DNA of 64,000 bases from a virus (Duplodnaviria; Heunggongvirae; Uroviricota; Caudoviricetes), in the IMG/VR virus record IMGVR_UViG_3300012979_000028, positions 21,985 through 85,984 of that record; one strand, written 5' to 3'. Shown here in pieces: positions 38,734-49,280 of this stretch. Every line of letters begins with the position of its first letter. Position 1 is the first letter of the stretch. The translations under genes and the position numbers were made by a program. The notes beneath the pieces are model-generated. The model was given only the letters and a program-made list of their open reading frames with translations, ran no database searches and was not told where the DNA came from.

Positions 38734-39208
38734 CTACGTATTCTACATTAACATCTTGTAGAGAGTAATAACCTAGATCATTCTCTTCACAAAGTTCAAG
38801 GTCATCCCAGGTTTGAGTATACTTCTTATATTTCTCAAAAACTTCTTTTGTCAAGGTAGAGGGAAGGTCATCACCCCAGTATGCATCTAGATCATCATAA
38901 TCATCACCGCGACTTAGAATTATCATTGAAAGGATGTCTCGATCCTCTTCTGACATTAAATCATTTTTCAGAATAATCTCTAAGTGATCAAGGCAAAGAC
39001 GACGAGAATAATAATTACTATACCTTCCTATGTCTATTTTTGAGAATTCATCTAGAACGTGAATGGATTTCTGAATTACTTCGTCAAATTCATCCTCATA
39101 AAATGTAGACTCCTTTTCTATAAATTCATCAGCATCACCAATCATATAACTGAGTGTTACTAGATAATGCGGAATAACTTTCTTTTCTTTTTCTACTACT
39201 TTATACAT
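38693..39208 (-). CDS. hypothetical acidic protein
   Basis: 171 aa. Confidence 0.5.
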   Translation of the reverse strand: MYKVVEKEKKVIPHYLVTLSYMIGDADEFIEKESTFYEDEFDEVIQKSIHVLDEFSKIDIGRYSNYYSRRLCLDHLEIILKNDLMSEEDRDILSMIILSRGDDYDDLDAYWGDDLPSTLTKEVFEKYKKYTQTWDDLELCEENDLGYYSLQDVNVEYVDENGVKHEVNWED

Positions 39209-39262
39209 AATTAGTAAGTTAAAATAAGTCAGGAGTTTTATTTCCTGACCTATATATTTTTT

Positions 39263-39700
39263 TTAATGAATACTACTAGTGATTGTATAGAAGTACTCAG
39301 TCTCACTAGCTTTTTGAATTTCTGCTCTTCCAACCTGCTTTTGAAGTAACTCTTGATCCTCCTTCATAAGTTTGTATAGATGACTTAGCAGAGCAGAAGA
39401 AATTTTACAAGTAGCTATCTCAACTTTCACACGACTGATTGTTTCTCCTTTCTTCTCATCAAATACATCTTCCCCTGAGCATCGTGCAGTCTTTGTAATT
39501 GTAAACACTCCAGCTTTTGTTGCACCTCCTGATACTTTCTTTTTCAAAAACTTAATTAACCGAGAACCATACTGCTCTTTCAATCCAGGATAAGCTTTGT
39601 TAAACTTCACCTGATAAGTAGTTGAAAACTGTACAGAGTCGTTGCTTTTCATAATCACAAGCCTTGAACTCAATACTTTTAGATAAACTACGTCTTTCAT
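39263..39700 (-). CDS. hypothetical protein
   Basis: 145 aa. Confidence 0.5.
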   Translation of the reverse strand: MKDVVYLKVLSSRLVIMKSNDSVQFSTTYQVKFNKAYPGLKEQYGSRLIKFLKKKVSGGATKAGVFTITKTARCSGEDVFDEKKGETISRVKVEIATCKISSALLSHLYKLMKEDQELLQKQVGRAEIQKASETEYFYTITSSIH

Positions 39701-39886
39701 ATAATATTGCTTTAAATTAATAATAAATCATCTTCATATACTAATAAGGTTTCAATCGGATCGTAAATGCAGCAGTCTATTTCTACTTTATATATTGCTT
39801 TACTATCCTGACCTTGTAGTGGAATAATCTCAACTATACTACCAGTTTCTCCTTTATATCTTCCTGGCAAATTTATACAAACTCTT

Positions 39887-40312
39887 TTACCTAGACTGAT
39901 CATCTTGAAAATTTTTCTTTGATTTATAAAAATAGAAATAACCTGCTCCGCCCGTCTCTTTAGGTCTACAGTCAACCCTAAGAACTAAGTCATCTTTACT
40001 ACACCTCTGTTGAATTATATCCCCAACATTATACCCAGACCAAGCTCCAGTTCCAATTCCTATAACCTCTCCATTACAGTTATTAATCATCATTGGAGCA
40101 TTACCGCCTTCTGCCATTATAGCTTCATCTAGGATATATAGGTCATTAGCAGTTAGATCACAATACTTAACTAGGCTGAGATGTCCTAAACCTATCCCCG
40201 GAAAACCCTTCAGTAGTTCCTTAAGGTGAAGTCTCATATAATTAACCTGACTTGGCCAATCGAGAATACCAAGACTTCTAGTTATCTTTATTAGAACATT
40301 ATTATTTACCAT
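39887..40312 (-). CDS. hypothetical protein
   Basis: 141 aa. The overlapping 39712..39975 ORF probably starts at an internal Met. Confidence 0.45.
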   Translation of the reverse strand: MVNNNVLIKITRSLGILDWPSQVNYMRLHLKELLKGFPGIGLGHLSLVKYCDLTANDLYILDEAIMAEGGNAPMMINNCNGEVIGIGTGAWSGYNVGDIIQQRCSKDDLVLRVDCRPKETGGAGYFYFYKSKKNFQDDQSR

Positions 40313-40607
40313 CCCAATATTCTTCTAGTTTACTTTTTAAAAAATACCAATCATCATTTCTCTCAACCACCGGATTAAATAAGAGTACAGCGTTAATAGC
40401 ATGCTCGGTTAGTTTATAAAATTCAGTATCCCCTTTTCTTACTTTATCGGCTACTCTTTTTACAAACTTTAAAGAGAAATCTGGAGTAAAATATTCATTG
40501 TTATGGTTTTCGTAGATTAGCTTTCCAGATTCCCATGACATTTTCTTAGATTCCAGGTCCTTTCTTCTATTCTCTATTTTTCTAAGCCTTCTTTTATTTT
40601 TATTCAT
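40302..40607 (-). CDS. hypothetical protein
   Basis: 101 aa. Confidence 0.45.
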   Translation of the reverse strand: MNKNKRRLRKIENRRKDLESKKMSWESGKLIYENHNNEYFTPDFSLKFVKRVADKVRKGDTEFYKLTEHAINAVLLFNPVVERNDDWYFLKSKLEEYWDGK

Positions 40608-40609
40608 TA

Positions 40610-40759
40610 TTATAACTTTAGATAAACAGATAATGATAAAAGTGTAGCCCCATATAAACTAAGCCATGTTCCAGCTCTCTTAGGGGATTTACATACTAGT
40701 ACTATAAATATTAAAGTAGCTGTAATACAAGTTCCGATTATTATCCAAATTTTATCCAT
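40610..40759 (-). CDS. 49-aa membrane peptide below ORF-track cutoff
   Basis: MDKIWIIIGTCITATLIFIVLVCKSPKRAGTWLSLYGATLLSLSVYLKL. Confidence 0.3.
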   Translation of the reverse strand: MDKIWIIIGTCITATLIFIVLVCKSPKRAGTWLSLYGATLLSLSVYLKL

Positions 40760-40863
40760 AATATTTTGTTTTTTACCATAAATAAGGTTACTATAACTCC
40801 AGAGCAGTAAATTTGAAAAAAAAAGAAAAGGGAAATTAATCCCCCAATCTTTTTTAAACTACA

Positions 40864-41487
40864 TTACATATCTGAATAATGTAACGCAACTGTTCTCTTC
40901 CACTGTTTAGAGAGATCCTCTTGATTAGCATCTCTAAACGTAACAGTAATTTTCCAGTCACTTTCCATATCAACTATAACACTTGTTCTAGTATCATAGT
41001 CGAAGAAACATGAGGAATACGCTGCATACCCGAGAATATAAGCATTTTCTTTATCCTCGATTGAATCATAATTGCTGTATGGACTCTTAAAGAACTCATG
41101 ATTTAAGTTCGGTCTTCCATACTTTCCCATCAGTGCATGACGGACATGATTATAGTACTCCAGTATTCCCTTCCATGTCTGTTTATTTTCTGGGACACTA
41201 ATAGTAATTTGTATCCCTAACGCTGGAAGAGAGTTCCATTCAACTAACCCAATTATATCTTCATATGCAATGGGTTTAATTGTTGCTGGGAGATTAGAAT
41301 AGGTAATGCTTAACTCTGCACTCTCTCCTACTCCCTTTTTTCCATACCAATTAGCCTTCTCTACCAATTCTTTGTAGATCTGGCCACAATTCTTCTTAGA
41401 CAAGCTTATTCCTTTATAACTTATCTCCTCTGCTCCTGCCAATAGACTAGCTACTGAAAGGATTAATAATAAAATTACTTTTTTCAT
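40864..41487 (-). CDS. secreted protein (signal peptide)
   Basis: The likely start is the second Met (MKKVILLLILSVASLLAGA). The tracked first ATG lies inside the promoter-like TATATATGA motif. Confidence 0.5.
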   Translation of the reverse strand: MKKVILLLILSVASLLAGAEEISYKGISLSKKNCGQIYKELVEKANWYGKKGVGESAELSITYSNLPATIKPIAYEDIIGLVEWNSLPALGIQITISVPENKQTWKGILEYYNHVRHALMGKYGRPNLNHEFFKSPYSNYDSIEDKENAYILGYAAYSSCFFDYDTRTSVIVDMESDWKITVTFRDANQEDLSKQWKRTVALHYSDM

Positions 41488-41546
41488 ATTTTCTAATTTT
41501 AAATTAATATTCATATATAAGGCTTCTTAGTGAGTCTGAGCGGGAA

Positions 41547-41588
41547 GAAAAAAAAAATAAACTGACTTAATTATCCTAAATCAGTTGT
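41547..41588 (-). terminator. rho-independent terminator (minus strand)
   Basis: AACTGATTTAGGATAATTAAGTCAGTT hairpin + T-run. Confidence 0.5.
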
Positions 41589-41693
41589 TATATACTTTGA
41601 AGATTTCTTTTTGAACCTTCACCAAGTCAATCCTGCCTTTTTATCTATATATTGAGTGTGCGATAAAACTCAACTTGCTAGAGACTCTTACTC

Positions 41694-41942
41694 CTAATAT
41701 GATCCACAACAAGGACATTCATAGTAAGATGCGAAGACCTTTACTACTACCTTTTCATCTTTTCCCTTGTCATGAAAAACATATTTCTCTACTGCCTGTG
41801 TTCTAACATTGCAGTATGGACAGTCAGGGCCGTAAGTTTTTTCCTCACTTACTAGCTCCAAGTTTTTGTCCTTGAAGAAATCCCTAGCATAGTAATCATT
41901 AGATGTACAATATCTAACTTTTCTATACTTATTATCTTTCAT
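41694..41942 (-). CDS. zinc-ribbon protein (CPYC...CPCC)
   Basis: Probable start MKDNKYRKV at 41940-41942, directly after CCTTATATATGT. The tracked N-terminal extension translates the conserved box/A-run. Confidence 0.5.
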   Translation of the reverse strand: MKDNKYRKVRYCTSNDYYARDFFKDKNLELVSEEKTYGPDCPYCNVRTQAVEKYVFHDKGKDEKVVVKVFASYYECPCCGSY

Positions 41943-41987
41943 ACATATATAAGGCTCTCGGGTCAGTTGTAGAAGGTTTTTTATTTG

Positions 41988-42014
41988 AATACAGAGTCCA
42001 GTTGAAAAAAAAAA
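41988..42014. promoter_or_regulatory. conserved box AATACAGAGTCCAGTTG + A-run (copy 2 of 3)
   Basis: See 29592-29616. Confidence 0.4.
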
Positions 42015-42054
42015 GAAGCTTTCGGATATCAATTCCTACTCACTTCTCTCTTTC

Positions 42055-42501
42055 TTAAAGAGTTATTAGATCTGTAACGCTTTTACTTACGTTAATTATA
42101 CTCTCTCTTAATAAAGATCTTGACTTTAACTCTAGATTATGTAGATCTATTCCTGAAAGCTTAATACTTCCAGAAATCCTACAGTTTTCAATAAGCCCTG
42201 ACAATATGACAGAGCCGCCCTTTATATTCGAACCCCTCACGGATGTATCACTAATAATTACATTTCCGCTTATTATGGAGTTCTCCACATAAGATCCACG
42301 TACCTCCGCGTTATGTGAAATACATGAATGTCCAGTAACCTTAGACCCTTGATAGACCCAGCAATTACCGTAATGGGAGAGGTTAGCCTCCCCACTTATC
42401 AATCCACCCTTTTCACCTTTTACAACATCGTTAAAAGACTTAAGGGCATAAATTCTGTAAGCCTGAGACTCTTGTTCCCAAACCATTTTAAACTTTTCCA
42501 T
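42055..42501 (-). CDS. beta-helix / hexapeptide-repeat-like protein (bactofilin- or acyltransferase-like fold)
   Basis: Repeated [IV]SG..[IV] and S.RGS.[IV] units. Confidence 0.4.
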   Translation of the reverse strand: MEKFKMVWEQESQAYRIYALKSFNDVVKGEKGGLISGEANLSHYGNCWVYQGSKVTGHSCISHNAEVRGSYVENSIISGNVIISDTSVRGSNIKGGSVILSGLIENCRISGSIKLSGIDLHNLELKSRSLLRESIINVSKSVTDLITL

Positions 42502-42714
42502 AGTTAATATTTTAATTAATATTCATATATAAGGTCACTAGTCACTATTGAAGCGGAGAAAAAAAGAACTAACTTATCTCAAGCTAGTCCTTTCGTTTTT
42601 TAATCATTAACTAAAACTAAAATTATTTCATTAAAACATCTTCTATATATAAGGGATTAAGAGGAAATAAAAAAAAAAGAACCAACTCACTATAAGCCAG
42701 TTCCTTTACTTCTC

Positions 42715-43104
42715 TTACTTATAAACTACTTTAGCAATTGATATAAAGTTATTAATCTTAGTTCGGTTATATGATAAGACAATCTCAGTTAACCAAAAGC
42801 AGATTGGAAGAATACCTATTACCAAGTTAGTAGGTTCCCATAGACTAATTGAAACAATCCACCAGAACGCCAGGCAGGATATGAAGTCTCCCAACATAAT
42901 ACTACCCATCAAAGGAAAAAGTATATTGAGGATTACTATTTTCTTTGGGTCTTTAAGGTTATTCAATGCTTTAATTAGAGGTTCTGCAGTAGAGTTATCA
43001 GCATCAGAAGCATATCTTAGGAGTAATTTTAAGTCTCTCCTAAATAACTTACTTTCATTCCAATATAAAACTCTTTGAACCTCTGAGTAATTTATTTTAT
43101 CCAT
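42715..43104 (-). CDS. membrane protein
   Basis: 129 aa, multiple TM segments. Confidence 0.5.
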   Translation of the reverse strand: MDKINYSEVQRVLYWNESKLFRRDLKLLLRYASDADNSTAEPLIKALNNLKDPKKIVILNILFPLMGSIMLGDFISCLAFWWIVSISLWEPTNLVIGILPICFWLTEIVLSYNRTKINNFISIAKVVYK

Positions 43105-44009
43105 TGTAGTACAGATCCATATTTAAGTCTTCTCTTCATACATTCTTCCGGGTCTTCTCCATTAGATTTTATTATAGAGATAGGGCAGTAATCTATAGTT
43201 TGTTTTAATCTTTCAGCTATTCTAATACTAATTTCTGTTTTATCCATGTATATTATTATCTTAGTAGGAACATATTCTCTCAGAAACTGTATTTGATAAT
43301 CACTTATAGAGGAACCTAAGACTGCCATTGGTGTATAATCTGGGGCCATAATAAGGTTAGCAATAGCATCAAATACACCCTCACATATTATAAACTGTTT
43401 GTTCTCACCATGTTCAATTATGTAAGGTGGTTTATTACTGATTGGAGGAAAGAAATATCTAATACGGGAATCTCCACTAAATCTGATCTGATAATAGAAA
43501 ATCTCATCATGATATTTAAAAGGCATTACTACATTACCATCTATGAATTTAAAGTCTAGTATTTTATAGAGTTCTTTCATAAATGGATGTCTTCCTATCA
43601 GGTAATTTATTCCGGTTTCATCTTCATCATCGAATTCATAGTTATATTTATCTAGAGTCCAGGTAGGGTCATTCAGTTTAATTAAGTTTAGAGGTTGATT
43701 ATTCATTAGACCGAAACCTGAAAAACTAGGTAACAAAAATGATATATCAACTTTATCTGTAGTATGAATAAAATCTCTACAACAAACGAAACAATGACCT
43801 ACAGTAAGATCCGATTTTATATAGAGTTTGTGTTTAGTATGTCCCTCAGCTTTACAAAATGGACAGTGACAGATATATTCTCCAGAGTTGTTAGCTAGTG
43901 GTTCTACTTCTTTCATCGTAGGTAGACCGTAAGCTTCAGTTAATAGATCTTCGAAATTACAGAAAATCAGTCTTTGTCCTTTTTTGGTTTTTATTTCTTT
44001 GTAATCCAT
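43092..44009 (-). CDS. DnaG-type DNA primase (T4 gp61-like: zinc ribbon + Toprim)
   Basis: CHCPFCKAEGH...HCFVCCRDF zinc ribbon. IICEGVFDAIA Toprim glutamate motif. Confidence 0.6.
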   Translation of the reverse strand: MDYKEIKTKKGQRLIFCNFEDLLTEAYGLPTMKEVEPLANNSGEYICHCPFCKAEGHTKHKLYIKSDLTVGHCFVCCRDFIHTTDKVDISFLLPSFSGFGLMNNQPLNLIKLNDPTWTLDKYNYEFDDEDETGINYLIGRHPFMKELYKILDFKFIDGNVVMPFKYHDEIFYYQIRFSGDSRIRYFFPPISNKPPYIIEHGENKQFIICEGVFDAIANLIMAPDYTPMAVLGSSISDYQIQFLREYVPTKIIIYMDKTEISIRIAERLKQTIDYCPISIIKSNGEDPEECMKRRLKYGSVLQWIK

Positions 44010-44086
44010 GTGAGATAAAAATAAAGTAAGTCCTAGGAATTTGGTTATATTTCTTAGGACTTAAAATAGAACAGAAATTTCCTTTA

Positions 44087-44539
44087 TTACTCAGCTTTCT
44101 TAGATTTCTTTTTCTTTGTAGTAGCTGGTTCTGGCTCTGCTGTCTCTTCAACAACCTTCTCTTCTACCTCCTGCTCAGTTGATGAACAGTTGCATTGATT
44201 ACATTCACCGTTGCAAGTTTCCTCTTCCTTCTTTTCCTCCTCAATAATCTCATCAAGTTTTGAAGGCTCTGATTTAACCTGGAAACGCTCAATTGCCTCA
44301 TCTAGTGAAGTAGTAGTGAAGTTACAAGCCAAAGGAATATTAGCACAAACATTATACTCAAACGTACCAGCTACAATAAGTGCAATCTCTTCTGGTGTAA
44401 AAGTCTGAGTAAGTAGTTCCAAGAATTCTTTTGTAGGAACAATGTTTGGTGATACTGACTTAGGTCCTAGTTCTAGCATACGTGAAGTACCCAACATAGG
44501 AACACAAATTTGACAATTTTTTCCGTTATAAACTCTCAT
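44087..44539 (-). CDS. hypothetical protein, acidic Cys-containing C-terminus
   Basis: 150 aa. Confidence 0.5.
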   Translation of the reverse strand: MRVYNGKNCQICVPMLGTSRMLELGPKSVSPNIVPTKEFLELLTQTFTPEEIALIVAGTFEYNVCANIPLACNFTTTSLDEAIERFQVKSEPSKLDEIIEEEKKEEETCNGECNQCNCSSTEQEVEEKVVEETAEPEPATTKKKKSKKAE

Positions 44540-44596
44540 TTTAGTTTTTATTTATTTTGTTATAGTAATTTACATTTATAAGAAGTCTATGTTTTT

Positions 44597-45775
44597 TCAA
44601 CTCCCTTTTTCTAAAATTTCAACAAACCCAAAAATTCCCTCTGCATAATATAAGAGATACTCATTACTTTTTTCCTTTATCTTCGTGCTCTTTCCGAACC
44701 AATTAAACCGGAGAGTCTCTTTAGTATACTTGAGATAGATTATTTTATCAGTGATTTTTATAATTTCCTTTTTCCAATCTTTATGAGATATTTTTAGGAA
44801 ATCTTCTATTTTAAATCTAAGAGATACAAAATAATCATCATCACTTAGTTCTGGAGTTTTATAGACTAGTGGGATAAGCTTTTCAACACCTATCTCAGTC
44901 TCAGTTTTATCTCTCTCCAATTTAATCTCTGGAAATATATCAGTTTGACCGAGAATTAATTGATCAGGCTGAAATACGTAGTTAGGAGTATTATATGGAA
45001 TTATCTTATCTCCTTCTAGTTTTAAAGCTGTGAATATAACTGGAGTTGGTTTTTGTATCGGAGTAATAGGACAAGGAATATCTAATGGTTCAAAGTATAT
45101 ATTCTCACTCTTCATAAGTTGTTCTAAAAAAGAGATATTATACTTTACATTACACATATCTCTACTACTAAGAATAATAACATCAGAATAAAGAGATGAA
45201 AATTCTAAGAGATAAGGTGTAGTATAGGTTGAGATAACAGCATTAGAATTAACCCAACCACCAAAAGTATTAGTTGAAAATATAGTAATTCCAGACTCCT
45301 TACAATAATCAATAATATCCTTCTGAAAATTAATTGGAGAAATATCGAGGAGAACACTTTCCACCTTATGACCTATTGCTTCTAGGTACTCTATATTTTT
45401 CTTTAGTGTATCAATATCTTTAGGTCTAGATAATCCAAGGTGTTCTATTTCATTTCTACTATAGATATCTTTAATTGATGTATCGAAGTACTTATAATCT
45501 AGGTTAGCATTTAAGAATAGGAGATCATACTTTGTCCTTCCTAGGTGTTTTAGATAAGAGACTAGAATATCATCAGCACCATCTACATAATTTATTTCAG
45601 TCAGTAAAAAAGCCTCTGATAAATATTCCAGGTAAGGCTTAATTAGAAAGTCATTATTAGAAGCTGGATTAGTTAGTACATATCCTATAGAAGCTTTATC
45701 ATAGTAATATTCTACTGGAGCATAATCTAGGGTAGTTGTATCTAATCCTATGCCTTTAAGTTTGAAATTAGTCAT
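44597..45775 (-). CDS. hypothetical protein
   Basis: 392 aa. Confidence 0.55.
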   Translation of the reverse strand: MTNFKLKGIGLDTTTLDYAPVEYYYDKASIGYVLTNPASNNDFLIKPYLEYLSEAFLLTEINYVDGADDILVSYLKHLGRTKYDLLFLNANLDYKYFDTSIKDIYSRNEIEHLGLSRPKDIDTLKKNIEYLEAIGHKVESVLLDISPINFQKDIIDYCKESGITIFSTNTFGGWVNSNAVISTYTTPYLLEFSSLYSDVIILSSRDMCNVKYNISFLEQLMKSENIYFEPLDIPCPITPIQKPTPVIFTALKLEGDKIIPYNTPNYVFQPDQLILGQTDIFPEIKLERDKTETEIGVEKLIPLVYKTPELSDDDYFVSLRFKIEDFLKISHKDWKKEIIKITDKIIYLKYTKETLRFNWFGKSTKIKEKSNEYLLYYAEGIFGFVEILEKGS

Positions 45776-45776
45776 A

Positions 45777-46754
45777 TTATATTATAGAAATGTTAATTGT
45801 ATCGTCTTCAACCAATTCCTCATAAGATTTAATAGTCCATAGTAGATTGAAACTTTTATCTTTCTTTGGATCTATGTGAATTGAGTTACGGAGGAAAACA
45901 GTATCTTTAAATTCCTTACAAGCTTTAAGAATTTCTAGGATCACTTCGAATATTAATCTAAGACAAACTTTATTTCTCATTATAGCTAGTTTGATTATAG
46001 CGAAGTCCTGTTTTCTCAAGCTTCCTATATTAATCTCTTCACCATTTTTAAGTAGTCTGAATATAGATTTTATGTTATTCTTTTCAGTGTTATAGAATTT
46101 AATACATTTTTCTCCAATCTTTAGTCTCTTAGTTTTTATTGCCCTAGCTTTATTAAAAAGGCTATATCTTGAATGGTGTTTAGAATCATAGCTTACAAGT
46201 TCGGGGAATATAATCTCATACTCTCCAACTTTTATTCTATCAGATTTATTTTCTATTGTGTATAGTTCTGACAGGTTGATTAACTGTAAGCCATCAAGAT
46301 TTTCAAGACTTATAATTTTAGGAAAGCCAGGAATCCAATCTAAGAACCAAATATCATTACGACTAGGAGGATTTAAGTGATTAATAACTTTCTTAAACAT
46401 TGAATACTCGTGAGGTAATGTATTCTTAAAGTAGATTGGATCAATAATAAATAGTTGAAGGTATCTATCTCCTAATATTCTTGAGTAGTAGAATTCTTTT
46501 ATATTTCTCAAGATTCCGTCTACTATACTTTGTCTTTCGCTTTTTCTCTTACTATCAACGCAATTCCAACAAGGCTGATAATAAAAGTTTGGTTCAAGAT
46601 AAGTAAGAGGTTTTAATGATTCCCCACATCTATAACAGTAACTTTCTTCGCTCCCTGATTCTAAGAGTTTAATTTCTGCATAGTCTTGATAACTTAGAAA
46701 ACCAGGCTTTAAAACATTTTCATATAATATTCCTGGGTCACTCAATATTTTCAT
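45777..46754 (-). CDS. hypothetical protein with CxxC zinc finger
   Basis: CYRCGESL...CWNC. Confidence 0.5.
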   Translation of the reverse strand: MKILSDPGILYENVLKPGFLSYQDYAEIKLLESGSEESYCYRCGESLKPLTYLEPNFYYQPCWNCVDSKRKSERQSIVDGILRNIKEFYYSRILGDRYLQLFIIDPIYFKNTLPHEYSMFKKVINHLNPPSRNDIWFLDWIPGFPKIISLENLDGLQLINLSELYTIENKSDRIKVGEYEIIFPELVSYDSKHHSRYSLFNKARAIKTKRLKIGEKCIKFYNTEKNNIKSIFRLLKNGEEINIGSLRKQDFAIIKLAIMRNKVCLRLIFEVILEILKACKEFKDTVFLRNSIHIDPKKDKSFNLLWTIKSYEELVEDDTINISII

Positions 46755-47664
46755 AATTGCCTAAATAAAATTTTGTAATAAATTGTTTACGTAATTTTTT
46801 TGCTAGAACTGAAAAATCTGGATGAGCATCTGGAGCACACCTTAGATAGAAAAATCCCGCTTTTTCTGTTGTATCTTCTGGCTTGTATGTAAAATCTTCA
46901 ACAAAACCGGTAGTACAGATTTCAGTCATAACGTCATTACATAAAACTCCTCTTGCATCTTCTGGCTTTAAGTAATTTCTCTCTTCCAGGTATTCTTTTT
47001 CACAATCTTCCCAGAACTTATTTCTCTTCTCAGCTACAGGATTAACTTTTACCAATTCATTCCATAGCTCTTCACCTTCTAAGTTCTCTCCGATTTGTTC
47101 CCCGAGTTTATAAGCCCATTGAGGAATAATAAAAGAGATTCCAGCCCCATTTTTCTCAAGATCATAGGCTATATATCTTTGACTAGCCTGAAGTATTGAA
47201 TTTAATCTATGTCTAACTAATTCATGAGATACAGCTCTACTACAAATCCACCTAACTGTAACTCTTGGCTTGAAATTAATATTATCAGGCTCACTCCAAT
47301 ATTTATCTAGTAATTCTTTAGGATCCTTTTGATTTTTATTGCAAAAGTGAAGAATCTCTCTATAGTTCGTAGTAAAATAATAGTAATCCAAGTCTTCTGT
47401 AAACTTAGTATATGGATTATTCTTAAAGTAAATAGTCTCTACGAAAGATGGAAATTTAGGAATCTTTAAGTAAACTGTTCCCTGTTCAAAACAAGCCCAG
47501 TGTCCTCTTTTCATTAACATATCACAGAATCTAATATAAGAATCTTCAGATATAGAACTTTCCGTGTGATATGCAATTCTAGCAACTCTCTCAATGTGTT
47601 TGAACATACCTACTATACCTTGTGGCTGTTCTAGGATTTCTACACTACTATCTATTACTTTCAT
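46738..47664 (-). CDS. thyX: flavin-dependent thymidylate synthase ThyX
   Basis: ThyX signature RHRLNSILQASQRY (RHRxxSxxxxSxRY). Confidence 0.8.
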   Translation of the reverse strand: MKVIDSSVEILEQPQGIVGMFKHIERVARIAYHTESSISEDSYIRFCDMLMKRGHWACFEQGTVYLKIPKFPSFVETIYFKNNPYTKFTEDLDYYYFTTNYREILHFCNKNQKDPKELLDKYWSEPDNINFKPRVTVRWICSRAVSHELVRHRLNSILQASQRYIAYDLEKNGAGISFIIPQWAYKLGEQIGENLEGEELWNELVKVNPVAEKRNKFWEDCEKEYLEERNYLKPEDARGVLCNDVMTEICTTGFVEDFTYKPEDTTEKAGFFYLRCAPDAHPDFSVLAKKLRKQFITKFYLGNYENIE

Positions 47665-47772
47665 ATAAAATTTAATTTATCATTTACATTTATAAGAGAG
47701 TAAAGCCAGTGTAAGAGCAAATTTAAAAAAAAATAAAGGAAGATACTTTTAAAATATCTCCCTATTGATTTA

Positions 47773-49086
47773 TTAATACTTAATTGAGCCTCCGATTGTA
47801 TTTCCTTCTATCGCTGGGAAGTATATCAGACTACAAGCCTCTGTACCACACTCAATCTTTTGTACCTTCATGTACTTACCTCCTTCGAATATTTCAAGGA
47901 TCACATAGTCATATCCGTAAATTGAGATGAGGTCTGCTGGTTTAGCTTTCTTTGGTAATATGAAATTCTTTGCATACCTGCTATTAACGGATCCACTCTG
48001 TACTTCCCAAGAATAAACCTTCTCTAAGATCAACTCTTCCTTCGTCTTTTTTCTCTTCTCCTTATCCTTAGGCTTTCCATCTCTTTCATCCCAAGGGTCA
48101 CGTTCATAAGAAAGTCTTCTACGCCCTCCAGTACCGTATTTCGAGATAATGCCCTTAGTTTCATCATTAACTACACTCTTAAACTCTTCCATACTTACTG
48201 TATGATCCTGACAATCAACGATGAAGTAAGGCACTATAATTCCAGTCTTCTCAATATTAAGATACTCTAGTGCTTTAGAAGGAGATACACCCATAATATT
48301 AACCTCATCTACAATAGCTTTAACTATATCTATTGTAATGACCTTCAGTTGTGATACTTCCTTCAATAGCTCAGCCTCATATTCTGGATGTTTTAGGTTA
48401 TCCTTAATAAATGACTTAACTATAGATGGATCTAGGTTCTTGTAAGTTCTTGAATACAGAATACGTCCAGGTCTTGAAATCAAGTTTGGATTAATCGACA
48501 GTGCGTTAGTTGTAAACAAGAATACATGAGGAATATCTGTAGAAAAAACTCCATCCAAGATAGGCAATAAACTCTCTCCAGCTGTTGAGACTCTACGTTT
48601 ATTTCTTTCATAATCCTCATCATCATCGTCATCACGTACACTAATAGGTAAACCATTACTGAACGTCTTCTCAAATTCATCAAAGAAGAAGCAGATTGGT
48701 TGATTCCAACGACTGATGAAATCTTCTCCTAAGTTTGGAAAGTTAGTTCCTACGATAATAACAGGTAGATTTAGTTCGTTTGCAATAGTCTTAGATATCA
48801 CAGACTTACCAGCTCCTTTACTACCATTAAGAAGGATACCAAAGTTCTTTTTCATACTTGGATATCTCTTAAGAACGTAGGAAATAAATTCGTCGTCTAT
48901 TGGATATTTCTTAAAAGGAAATTCAAAACGATCTCCCTTTCTCTCCATGAAGAACTCTCCAGTCTGGGATTGCTTTAGAATGTATACTCCAAGAGGCAAT
49001 TTACTCAAAGAAGAGTCTGTAAACTTAGGGTCAATAGTATAAATATCATTTCCCCTCTGGTTAATTACATAATCAATCTTTTTCAT
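47773..49086 (-). CDS. AAA+ family ATPase
   Basis: Walker A GSKGAGKS. Walker B ICFFFDEFEK. Confidence 0.6.
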   Translation of the reverse strand: MKKIDYVINQRGNDIYTIDPKFTDSSLSKLPLGVYILKQSQTGEFFMERKGDRFEFPFKKYPIDDEFISYVLKRYPSMKKNFGILLNGSKGAGKSVISKTIANELNLPVIIVGTNFPNLGEDFISRWNQPICFFFDEFEKTFSNGLPISVRDDDDDEDYERNKRRVSTAGESLLPILDGVFSTDIPHVFLFTTNALSINPNLISRPGRILYSRTYKNLDPSIVKSFIKDNLKHPEYEAELLKEVSQLKVITIDIVKAIVDEVNIMGVSPSKALEYLNIEKTGIIVPYFIVDCQDHTVSMEEFKSVVNDETKGIISKYGTGGRRRLSYERDPWDERDGKPKDKEKRKKTKEELILEKVYSWEVQSGSVNSRYAKNFILPKKAKPADLISIYGYDYVILEIFEGGKYMKVQKIECGTEACSLIYFPAIEGNTIGGSIKY

Positions 49087-49280
49087 TATTGTTAATCTTG
49101 TTTAATTATTAATAATCACATATAAGATATTAAGAGGGAAGAAAAAGAGAACAGGCTGAATAAAGACTCAGACCTGTAATTCTTAGACACAAATAACATA
49201 TCGAACTCAACGAAAATCCATCTATGACCTTTAGTTAGAAGTTTTCCTAGCTATATGTCGCTCTAGAAAATCTTTTATAA

